This document shows positions 49,961-62,300 of a stretch of 64,000 nt of DNA, in pieces. The first letter of the stretch is position 1. Every line of letters begins with the position of its first letter. Source of the DNA: Mytilus californianus. Lineage: Eukaryota. A program made the translations under genes and the position numbers. Below the pieces are notes generated by a model that saw only the letters and a list, made by a program, of their open reading frames with translations, had not been told where the DNA came from and made no database searches. The stretch spans positions 3,224,001 to 3,288,000 of the forward strand of contig NW_026262604.1 of assembly GCF_021869535.1 (NCBI RefSeq), read 5' to 3'.

Positions 49961-50914
49961 TATGAAACCAAGGATTCCAAGTGGTAAAATTGAAGTCATC
50001 CCTTAAAAATATTTATTTATAGACGACATCGCGAGTTTGCTGACGGTGACCGTAATGGAATACCTGTGTCACAGGTATGTTCAAAATGTCGTAACCACGA
50101 TCTCGTTCATTTCTTTGTATGTTACCATTAGTAAAATGACAAGTGCCACTAGTGGAGAAGGATCTGCTGATCCTTTCAAAACACCTGAGACTGTCCCATT
50201 ATTTGATGGGGTGTGTGCTGCTCTGTGTTTAGTATTCTATGTTCTGTTTTATGGACTTGTTAGTCTTTTTGTCGTTTTTCACTTTTGTCATTGTGTTGTC
50301 AGTTTCTTTTCGACTTCAAATATCCCTTTGGTATATCCGCCTCTTTTTGTATAACTTGTTCTAAAAAGTAAAATAACAAAAATACCGAACTCCAAGGGAA
50401 ATTAAAAACGGAAAGTCCTTTATAAAATGGCAAAATCAAACGCTCAAACACATCTAACGAATGGACCATATTATTATTTTCATATAATGTTCTAACACTG
50501 TAGCGCTTACACCACTGTCTCTGATTTGTAAGGGTTGGGTGCTCATAAATATATTTAACCCAACGTAAATTTCTTTCATTTTTCTGTAGATGCAAGGATC
50601 ATGTCCGGTGGTTTTCGATTGTTGATGTCTGTTACAATTTTTAGGTCTTACATCAATACATACCATAATATATTGTGTACAACTACCTATTGACTGAGTA
50701 TGGATTCGCATGGCGGTGATGCCTACATAGCAAGAGACGCTTACCCTGTCGACGCTCCCGCTCCTTTTATATTCATTCGATTCCCTCAGTTCTTGTTTTT
50801 TTTTAACTTAATATGTATCTTCCCAATCGATTTATGAGGTTTGAACATCGCTAAACAACTGTTGCCTAGATTTATTGTATCAGAATACTTAAATTTGTAT
50901 TTGTAGGTAAAACT

Positions 50915-52737
50915 ATGGCTAAGCCAGGAAAATTCTGCACACCTTGTAGGTTGGCTCACAATGAATCAAACCCTGCTATAAACTGGTGCCCATCCTGTCA
51001 GGAATCGTTGTGCTGTAAATGCAGTGGATATCACAAAATACAAACATCGACAAAAAGTCACCAACTTAATTCAATCGAAGAAGTCCAGATGTTACCGTCG
51101 GTTGCTTTGTCGATTAGTGTTATGTGTGATAAGCATAATATGAAACTAGATTATTTTTTTCATTTCACAACGAACCTTGTTGCGTCCAATGCATATCAAG
51201 AAATCATCCTGATTGTCGTCCACCAATATCTTTACTTGAAAATATTGTAAACTGAAACTCAAAGCAATCATCTACTGTTAAAAAGCTTGAAGAGAGTTTA
51301 TGTTCTGTTGTTGAAACCCTGGATATTTTGAAACAAGACCATCAACGAAACAACGAAAATATCAAAAAGCAACGCCAAAAATTAGAATCTGAGGTTAAAG
51401 AATTTCGAAAAAGTATAATTACTTGCCTTGATGTTTTTGAAAAAAGGCTTTTCGAAAGTATTGCAAAATCATCTGATCGTTGTAAAAATGAAATAACAGA
51501 AAAATACAATGAACTAGAAGCATTAACCGTTCAGTGCACAGGTATCAGAGATTATCTTTCTAATATGAAACAATTTGCATCTGACTTACAGATGTTTCTC
51601 GGGACTAGATCACTACAAAAAAGACTTGATTCTATTGGATCGTCTATATCAGGAATAGGAGAGCGACTAGGGAATTATGACATAAAATTTACAAGGGACT
51701 TAAATATTAAGCATGTTAAGTCGTTCATGGAAGAGTTTGCTGAAACACACATCATATGTGAGAACCATTGCGATTCTAAGTTTTCACAAGCTCAAACCTG
51801 GACAGCAAAGTCACGTAAAGATCAACGCGGAATTAGTGCTAAGGGAGGGAAAAGCGCTTCAGTTAGAGGTGGGAAAAGCAAATCTCATGAAGCTAAAGAT
51901 TCTGATCGACTTTTTATCCCTAAATCTAGAGTGACCGAAACGACAAGGTTTTCTTCAACGACAAAGCTGACACTACAACAAAAATTCGTAACTGAATCAA
52001 CAGATTACATCAATATAAATGGATGCACAATTCTTTCAAATGGAGAGCTTGTATTCACAGAATATGAAAATAAGTGTCTTGTTGTCTATCAGAGCGATGG
52101 TGTTAAATCTCGGACAATAAAATTGTTTGATAACCCGTGGGATGTATGTGAGGTTGCAAATAAATATGTAGCTTTGAATTTCCCCGTTCGAAGTACAATT
52201 CAGGTTATAGAAATTTCCTCATCAAAGCCCAAGGTAATGGAGAATTTCAGTACTTCAGATGGCATTTGTACCGCTATAACTTACAACGATCCAAACTTAA
52301 TTGTTGCAATCCAGAAAGTTGGATTCCAAATATTTGACTTAAAGGGAAAACTTGTCAAAACAATAGAAATGAAGTTTCATGACGCTAAATACATTGCATT
52401 TTAGTCTTCGCGTTTATTCTATACCGACTGGAAGAAAAACGAAGTAGTGTGTTGCGATTTGGAACAGCAAATTTATTGGAAATTCAAGAGGTCGGACCTA
52501 AAATGTCCGAGTGGCGTAAGTGTTGACTATGAACGCAATATCCTTGTTGTCGGAACTTCATCAGGCAATATTCTGAAAATAACACGCGATGGCAAATCAG
52601 CTGAAGAAATTCTAAGACCCGAAGGCGGTTTCAATTCTCCAACTGGAATTTTCATTGGGAAACAAAAAGAGCTCGTTTTGGTTTGCTTTCATGATAATAC
52701 CTTTGCCGCAACATTTCAATTCTTTAAAACAAAATAG
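50915..52737 (+). pseudogene. B-box / coiled-coil / NHL-propeller TRIM-like pseudogene
   Basis: Acceptor at 50906, ATG 50915, B-box1 intact. A 1-nt loss in the T-run at 51154-51160 shifts B-box2 (HNEPCCVQCISRNHPDC) out of frame; in-frame TGA at 51253 and TAG at 52402; the final frame ends at 52737. AATAAA at 52745. Confidence 0.85.
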
Positions 52738-55700
52738 GCTGTTGAATAAATAAAGCTGAGTAACAATTTATTTGATTTCGTCTGATCGTTTTGGTAGAAA
52801 ATGTATGACTGCTATAGATAAGATAGCAATATTTTTTTTTCTTTGTTGTTTTGGTAATAAATCAGACATAATGTATGTCAACTTGTTGGTTAAAATTGCC
52901 TAGACATGTTTAACCCCGTTACATTCTTTAGGTGCCTGTCCCAAGTCAGGAGCCTGTAGTTCAGTGGTTGTCGTTGGTTCATGTCTGTCATATTTGTTTT
53001 TCGTAAACTGTTTTGATATAAATTAGGCCGTTAGTCATGTTAGTTTTCACATTTGAATTGTTTCATACTTTTCATGTCGGGGCCTTTTATAGCTGACCAC
53101 ACGGTATGGGTTTTTCTCATTGTTGAAGGCCGTACGGTTGCCTATGATTGCTTACATCCACTTCATTTGACCTTTGGTGGATAGTTGTCTCATTGGCAAT
53201 CACACAACATCTCCTTATTTTTATAGTAGCTGAAATTGAAACAAAATCACGTTGGAGCGGTTTCCTTCTATATTAAAACACACGACGTGCAAATACAATT
53301 TTCAATTGTTTAGAGTAAGGGGAATAATCTTAATAATAAAAATTACAACTGCAATATAATCCCGAAAAACATTGTATGACTGACCATTTGTAGAGGCGGA
53401 TTTAGGGGGACCGGGTGCCCCACCCCACCCACCCTTTTTGGAGAAAATGTTTGTAGCTTTAATAGGAATTAACTGAAGTATGACGGGAGAGGGTCCCCTT
53501 TTTTCAGTCAGTGGTCCCCCCCTTTTCGGAAATCCTAGATCCGCCACTGATTTGACTCTACCTGAGACAGATGTACCTGCCAAATTTGTATTGAAACTGA
53601 CTTCTAAATGAATTTGAGTTTTAACGCACATTGATGGAAATATTTGCAACATCCTCTTTCAAACATAAAAAAAAAGATACGAGAAGAAAGGAAAAGGCTG
53701 CACGAGCAAAAATATATTTCCAATTCATGCGTAAAACGAAAAATAGACATTTAGTACCAAGTCAGAAATATGACAGTTGTTTTCCATTCGTTAGATGTGT
53801 TTGCGCTTTTGATTTTGCCATTTTATAAAAGACTTTCCTGATTCCTATAAATATACTGACGGTCAATTTCTGGTAAATTGAAATTATTTTAAACAATCTT
53901 AAGACATCAATTATTTGATGCATGAACATGTAAAAAATATTTTATTTTTCTAAAACTTTCTCATTAGTAAAAGTCCTCATACAACATTTTAATTACAAGC
54001 AAAAGACAATGGCTTGTATTGTTTTAAATTCCGACTGTCCTGTAAGAAATTTTTTCATAAAATGGTTTGAGAATGCGCACAACTATTGTACTAAGCTCGG
54101 GAGTGAGACAAGTCGGCCCACAGACAACTCTGACCGTCTACAAAAAGACAAGTCGGACCGTATATGAAGACAACTCAGACTGTTAATAAGTCGAATCGGA
54201 CAGTCTATAAAGCTTAAGTCAACTCGGACCGCCTTTAAACCGACCGTGCGAGGGCTTTATGGCCAGTCAAGGTCGTTAAAAAAGCCCCACCATCACCCGG
54301 TTTCTTACATCTACGTCATTTGGTCTCTGGTGGATAATTGTCTTTTGGTAATCACACCATATCTTCTTATTTTTATATTGTTATTAATTTCAATACGGCC
54401 AATTAAGTTGACCATAGATAGATTTGGCTTTTATCTTTTATCTTATCGACAACTCAGTCTAAGTACAAAATTAGAGTTAGAGTTTTGACGAAATCAATAG
54501 TTTAATGAAAAAGACTGTGTCGGCCTACTCAAGTGAACAAACCAATTGATAGACAGATGAAAACATACAATTAAAAACGTCTATCTTGGAAATTTGGTCA
54601 CGAATATTGAACTATACTTAAATCATACTCTATGTCTAAATAAAGAATTTTGATTATTAAAAAAAAACATTCTTACAGAAGATTTTGTCTAGAAATGTGT
54701 GTATTAGAGAGTCGAAAGATACAAAAGGGACATTCAATCTTAAGTCGAAAACCAGCTAACAACGTCGTGTGTGTCCTGATCAGCCTAAATCTTGAACAAA
54801 AATTTAAGGATTCGCAATATATATGTTTTTACATTCGTACCACTTAAAGCCCTAAACAAATCTTCATTTCAAGTTTTGTATAGGCTTAAATAAAGGGCTT
54901 TTGTCTCGGGAAGATAAGTTACTTGCATATCTGATACTGTTACAAGACTGGCGTGAATGTTCTACCGTCGTATGATAGATTTCAGACAAAATAATACCAT
55001 AGGCGTACTGTTCAAGGGTATCATTTCGGAGGGTCTGGATGGAGATCCTTCATTTCTTTATTTATTATTCTTTATACCATTTTTCTCTAGTCTTTATTTG
55101 TTTTTCCCCATTATGCTCTGCTCTTTATATTTGAGTCCACTATTTTTCTTTATCCTTTTTTGTGACTATCTTTTCTACTGGTTGCCGTTTATTCTGTACT
55201 TTTTTCCCGTTATTCTCTATTCTATAAACCCCCATCCAGACCTTCATTTACATACACAATTTGGTCATATTCCCATATTGGTTTTGGGGGGGAAAGGGGG
55301 GGGGGGGTGAAAATAAATTTCTGTTTTCCACAAAATCACTATTTTCATGGTATAACAGGTCTTAACATCTGGAACACTACTCACTACAATATCACTGATC
55401 AAAATATCAATTCTTAAAAGACATCATTTTCCAAGAAAATTTTATTTACAGTTACAATAATATATTAAGTTTCACCCTCAATGCCAACAGATGTACACTT
55501 TGCCGGTAAAAAGAAGAGAATACAGAGCATTCCTTTACATAGTTCTGGACCAAGTACATCAGCAGAACAAGCTCATTAAAAAAAACCCAAATCACAAAGT
55601 CTGAACTTACATTTATACGCGATCATACTGTGTCACACTACAGGCATCCACATTTATGTGAATGGATCGATGGATTGATGCTTAATGGCCAGTCGTAATA

Positions 55701-57048
55701 ATTACAAGCATACGAAAGCAAGAACATGTCAATGTGATATAAATAGAAACTATACTTTGTTATCGGTCTGCACACTGAGCCGGGTCACCATAATCGGGCA
55801 TATTATTATTACTCGGTGCCGACTAGTCTTTGATCCTACACTCCTAAATGGTGTGTAATTTGTTGAAAAGGCGCAAACACCAATTTTCAAGTCTTTGATT
55901 TGACCCGGCCTGGGATCGAACCAACGACGTCCAGCATGTGAGGCGAGCACGCAACCACTAAACCAGGCAATTATAAATAAAATAACTAGAGACTTTCTCA
56001 TAAATGCCGCATGCTTAGCGGAGAAGCAACACATACTAATTTTTAAGTGTTTGGTCTGACCCGGCCGGGAACCTTATTATAAACCACGACCTTCCGCACT
56101 CGATAAGAGAGTGTTATCACGAGACAACCTAGACTATATTTAAGATAAGACCAAGTTAAATAAATTTAAACACCGAGAGAGACATAGTTTGGCGGATCCA
56201 GAAATTTTCATAAGGGAAGGCCCACTGACTGCCTAAGCGGGGTCCCGCTCCAGTCAAGCCTCAGTGATTCCTTATATAATCAGCCAAATTTTTCCAAGAA
56301 AAGGGGAGGCCGGGCACCCTGCCCCCTAAATCCGCCTCTGATTACCCTGCATGAGAAAAATAATATTCCCCCTTTGATCCTATACTCCCAAATGGTGTGT
56401 TTTTGGTTGAGAAGGTACAAACACCAATGTTCAAGTCTTTGGTTTGACCCGGCCGGGAATCGAACCCACGTACATCTCGCATTGGAGGTAGTAGTTCGTA
56501 TCAACATTTGTCGTTATTTCGAGAATTGAGTTTTAGAATTGATTGTTTCTGTTACATTCATTTACGGTATGTATAGACTCGAGGACGGTTTAAAGGCCCC
56601 TCAAGGGGGTGTTCAAGTAATCACATAATCACAATGTTTTTGCCAATATAACCACATAATCATTAGTTATTTTTTTAAACAAGATAATCAAATAATCCAA
56701 AAAACAGTCCTAGATAATCAAATAATCATGGAATATTTGGTCTGGTAATCAAATAATTACTAATAATGGCCAAGTTATCACATAATCAAATACCCCATGA
56801 GGAGGCTAAGTTTAAAGTGTGACGTTTTGTATGATGGACACCTATCTACTGTTGAAGACTGTTTGTTGACCATTATCATGACAAATGTGGGGTTGCTATC
56901 TCGTTGAAGTATACCAACATCTCCTTTTATTCATATCTAAGAATATATAAAACTTTGAAACTGCTGAAAATATATTGTCCTTCGGGTAACAAACAAACTA
57001 ACAGGCAAAACTAGAACCCAATTTAGTTACCATAACTGCTCCACCTAT

Positions 57049-58130
57049 ATAAAATTGAGAATGGAAATGGGGAATGTGTCAAAGAGACAACAACCCGACC
57101 ATAGAACAGACAACAGCAGAAGGTCACTAACAGGTCTTCAATGCAGCGAGAAATTCCCGCACCCGGTGGTGTCCTTCAGCTGGCCCCTAAACAAATATAT
57201 ATACTAGTTCAGTGAAATTGAACGCCATACTAAACTCCAAATTGTACACAAGAAACTAAAATTAAAAATAATACAAGACTAACAAAGGCTAGAGGCTCCT
57301 GACTTGGGACAGGCGCAAAAATGCGGCGGGGTTAAACATGTTTATGAGATCTCAACCCTCCCCCTATACCTCTAGCCAATGTAGATAAGTAAACGCATAA
57401 CAATACGCACATTAAAATTCAGTTCAAGAGAAGTCCGAGTCTGATGTCAGAAGATGTAACCAAAGAAAATAAACAAAATGACAATAATACATAAATAACA
57501 ACAGACTACTAGCAGTTAACTGACATGCCAGCTCCAGACTTCAATTAAACTGATTGAAAGATTATGTCTTCATCATATGAATATCAGGCACAATCCTTCC
57601 CGTTAGGGGTTTAGTATCATACCATCATAAAATTGAGAATGGAAATGGGGAATGTGTCAAAGAGACAACAACCCGACCATAGAACAGACAACAGCAGAAG
57701 GTCACCAACAGGTCTTCAATGCAGCGAGAAATTCCCGCACCCGGAGGCGTCCTTCAGCTGGCCCCTAAACAAACATATATGAGAAGAACATAACCCGTGT
57801 CTGGCCAACAACTGGTTTTTAAATAAATGTGTTTAGTGCCGATGCAAAGACCCTATAAGTGAATCAATATTAACGCCAAAATATGCAATCTTTAATGACC
57901 GGACAACAGTATCGTAACTATATCCCTTCTTAATAAGTCTATTTAAAGGTTTTGTTAGCTTCAGAGGTGAATACTGACATTTTTGTGCTTTATAAAGAAT
58001 ATTTCCATAAAAAATTGGATGTGAAATACCTGAACGTATAAGAAGTCTGCATGTTGAGCTATATTTACGAATGATGTCCTTATACCGATGATAAAATTTA
58101 GTAAATGTTTTGACTAGTTTGTGATATCGA
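57049..58130 (-). repeat. Long repeat related to family A containing a 153-bp direct duplication
   Basis: ATAAAATTGAGAATGG...CCCCTAAACAAA at 57049 and 57627 (period 578). Shares CCTGACTTGGGACAGGC...GCGGGGTTAAACATGTT with family A. Confidence 0.75.
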
Positions 58131-59244
58131 AAAAAATATGTCTGGATTCTCTCAATTAACCTACTCCCTTCTCCCTCCTCGGTCTTATTTTAAGGTCTTA
58201 ATTCCATTTTATATACACTTCACTTTTTTAACATGTAAACATATTTATGTATTTCTACTGTATTGTTTATTTCCTCAACATATGTACCTTTGTAATATTG
58301 TATAATGTCTATATATGTTCTGTACCTTTGTATCTACAGCGGTTTATCAGAATAAAGTATATATATACATCTAAAAGATTAATCCCCCCCCCCACTAAGT
58401 GTGAAAACCGGATCTCCATTTAACAGAATGATGCAAAACAACGAAAACATAACTGTTATCTAATATTAGAGTAAACAATCATACGTTTGATAAATGATCG
58501 GCATAGTTTTTTTTTCAGTTTCTGATATTTGCTAATTTTGCTATGGAAATTCAATTCAATCTCAATAAAGAATCTAATTTAATCTAATCCATAAAACACA
58601 GAAGAAATCAAGAAAACTAAAGTGATATATTTAATTAATCAAACCAGAGACATACATAATATTAACAGATTAAACCAATGATCTATTTAGTCAAGTGCAC
58701 AGATGACAGTGGTTTTCCAAACTTGTTTATATATTTACAGAGTTATTTCCCATGCATGTGACAGGTGGGATAATTCAAAAGTCCTACAATGGACTGGAAA
58801 GTGAACTTGTTTGTTTGTTTGTGTGTTAGTTTATTTCATTGTTATATGAGTGATGATCCCACAGCTACAGATACCGTTTATGAAGTCTTACAAAGGACAC
58901 AGGGATTATCAAAGGTAAAAAATATTCGATACCTGTTCAGGTAAAATTTAAAAAAAATGGCGACGTAAACAATGAATCACATACCCTTTATATTTGTCTT
59001 TTGATGTCACGACTTTATTTTTAGCTTTAACAATGAGGAGGATAATTTTCCTGCGAAATGAAAATGCACTTCTAAGAATCGTTGTCGATGACACTTGGTT
59101 TATTTTTTAATGAAATAAAAAGGGGGAGGTTGTATCTACAACGTATGGGTCATAACATTTATATTGGAACAGTCTTATCCTCTTAATTTGATATAAATTT
59201 ATAGAGGCTTGAATGCAGAAAAAAACCAGAATCCAGTATCAGAC

Positions 59245-61211
59245 AGGTCAGGAATAACCATCAATAGGTGGATTATACCTCAATTCAGGTATAATCCACC
59301 AATTTACGTATAGTGAGATACACCAATTGAGGTATAATGCAGTTTACATCACAATTTTAAAAAAATGGAAATTCGACCATCTTTTTACTTATAAATACCT
59401 TGTATACCATCTTCAGCTTTGATGAGTTCTCATTAATGACATGTAATTGCTTCCAACTTCCTGTGCTGCCTAGACCTATAATCCACATTTCTACATAAGG
59501 CAGAACAGGAAATTGGAAGCAATAGCTAGAGGTATTATCCACTAATTGCAGGTGGATATTCATGACTGGTTTCCTTTAAGTCTGCATCAGTTCTAACAGT
59601 ATGATTTGTTAGGGGACGACCATTTGATATTCTGGGGGGGGCCAGGAGGATTTTGAAAATAAATAACTCAGCCTTGATAATCACAAAAATAAATGGTTTG
59701 TTCTGTGGTAGTTTGAAAATAAATAACCTGACTTGCAATGTATTAAAAATAAATAACTCGGCAGGTCTATTTGAGAGCATGAGATTGCACCAGATTCTTC
59801 ATAAAATTCAAATTTTTTTTCAAAAAAAATCGGGAATCACTTCCCAAATCTTTGAATAATAAAAGTATAAATATTATTTAAAATTCTTGAAATGTCTGAA
59901 AAATGGGTTTCATTTAACTTGAGGTATATTGTCTCAGGAACACTTAACTCACTTTTATTACATATGGCAGTAACTACATTCAGGCAAATGCCTCATGTAG
60001 GAAATTTCAAAACCAAAAGCTTGTCTTCATATCAAATTGTTTTCACGGCAAGTGTCTTGCAAGAAGCAAGTTCTGTTCTCCCTCAGACGTTTTTACGGGA
60101 TCAATGTTTCTTATTTATTTGTCTTTTGTTCATTGATTGCCCTTCTGTATTCTGTTAGTGTTGCATTCCTTTTGTAATTTAGTAATTTTGTTATTAACTT
60201 GATCAAGAGTTTAAAAAAAAAACAGCAGCCACAAACTTAACTATGTGAATTAAATTTTTGCTTTATCTTTGTCTTTTGATGTTGTTCCTTAAAACTTAAG
60301 TCTTACACTGAATTTATACATGTTGCTTTGAGACCAAAATATTGTCAAAAAATGATTAAAACAGAACTTTCATTTTCAGATTAAGAAAGGGTATGGGAAA
60401 CACATTTTGCATCATTAGTTCTATAGCAACTTGGGGCCTTCAGCGGCTCCAAAACCCTTCAAATTTTTTTTAGCCTCGCTCCGCTCGGCATAAATGATTT
60501 GCAATACTTTTAAAAGACACTAATTACAGCCAAACTTTAATATCTTGTATGTATGCAATACATGTATATGCAGTTGGGAATTCAAAAGATTCATTTCTAC
60601 AGATGATGATGATTAATTCTGATTAAATGGTACATAATGATTGGACTATTCATGTATTATTTAAAATAAAAAATGAATTTAAAAATTGTATGTTTTCAAA
60701 TATTATAAATATAGTTGTGAAAATAAATAATCAGTCCCTTGCTTTAATGAAAATGAAAAATCTTGCTTCAACAATGCAGAAAATAGATAATCTGTCCTCT
60801 TAGTTTACAAAAATAAATAACCGATCAAAAACAAATCCTCCTGGCCCCCCCCAGAATATCAAATGGTCGTCCCCTTAGTCAAAATGGATAGGAAGATCGA
60901 GACTACAGAACAAAAATGAGATTTATTAGATGAAAACTTTAAATTTAAAAGTCAGAAAAAGAGGGTCGTTTTAGTTTTTAGATTTCTCTTACAATTTGCA
61001 GCACAAAGTGTTAAAATCAATTACATGTCATCACTAACATGACTAAGTGGTCATCAAAGCTTGTTATGGTAAATATGCAAAAAGATGCTCCAATATATCT
61101 CTTAAAAATGTTTTTTGGATAAAACCTTCATTATACCTCAATTGGTGTATCTCATGACATTGTATATGTCAAATCAGGTATAATCCACCAATTCATGGTT
61201 ATTCCTGACCT
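59245..61211. mobile_element. TIR element with a nested PIF/Harbinger MITE
   Basis: Outer inverted termini AGGTCAGGAATAACCAT...GGTGGATTATACCT...GAGATACACCAATTGAGGTATAATG (59245-59339; reverse at about 61129-61211). Confidence 0.7.
59612..60874. mobile_element. 1263-bp non-autonomous PIF/Harbinger-type element
   Basis: TTA|GGGGACGACCATTTGATATTCTGGGGGGGGCCAGGAGGA ... TCCTCCTGGCCCCCCCCAGAATATCAAATGGTCGTCCCC|TTA; subterminal AAAATAAATAA repeats. Confidence 0.9.
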
Positions 61212-62174
61212 ATCAGAGAATTGTACCAGTATTGTTGTTTTTTTGTGATTGTGTATTGTATAATCATGGAAGTGTTATATAAAGATAATAAGATGACATG
61301 GCGTTTCGAGAGCGACACATGTTATTTATAAATAAACAATATCGAATAATCAGGTTATAAAAAAATTGTTAAAATGTTCATATTTTATTTTCAAAAAAGA
61401 TATGTTGCACTATTGTCTTGATTGTTTTTTTAAAGATATAGCAAGAATCACTAATGTCAATATTAAATTGCTCACCAGGATTATAATTAATTTATGCATC
61501 TTAATGTTCACACACAACGTTAACAATTGCCATTAATGTCAATTTAAGTTCTTCTATAGTTTCTGTTTTCATCTGTCAATTATAAAGTTCTTATATTCAC
61601 TTTAATCTTAAGCATTGGTTTGGCGGAAATTTAAACAATTTATTGTATATTTAATAGGGGGATATACTATTTTCATTGTTAAAATTAAAAAAAAAGAATT
61701 CTGACATTGAAACAACTTTAAAATTACAAGGAGTTATAAACTAAAATGTTATTCATATATTGTCCTGTCTCTCCCATTTCCCATCTGATTAAATACATGT
61801 AAAAATGTACTTATATAATTAAAACTGATATACTTGTACAATGTACCACCATCCCCTTTCAAAGGTGTCATTTTCTATCCATTCTCACTTAAGTCTGCAA
61901 GAGAAATATTCTCTTATAACTACAAAATTACCACTTACAATTTAAGTTAATTCTCAAGTACCTGGTTATGAAATTATGAAAGTCGAGACATTTCCTTTAA
62001 ACTCAGTTAAAACTAATCTTTTCAACAATTATTAAATCTTTTTTACTTAAGTACATGTACTTCTCTAAAGAAACCTTGCTGATTCACAATTATCATGCTT
62101 TATCAACATATTAAATAATTTAATTAGGTTATTAATGCTAACAATACTTGTATACATGTACTCTCATAGATTCT

Positions 62175-62300
62175 TCAATACCTACACAGTGGTCATCCGC
62201 ATATTTGTCACCAATTTTAAAATGCAGTAACCCAAGCAAACCAGAAAATTACCATGGCATTGCAAAAAATCACTGTAATAAATTACTTTGCTCTTCATGC
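62175..62300 (+). mobile_element. LINE RT N-terminal fragment
   Basis: PTQWSSAYLSPILKCSNPSKPENYHGI matches the P..W..A...PI.K.G....P.NYR.I motif of non-LTR RTs. Confidence 0.6.

Noticed and set aside
54100-54240. Short GACAA(G/C)TCGGACC-like repeats suggesting a transposon end
   Set aside because: No matching opposite terminus or TSD was found; too degenerate to call.
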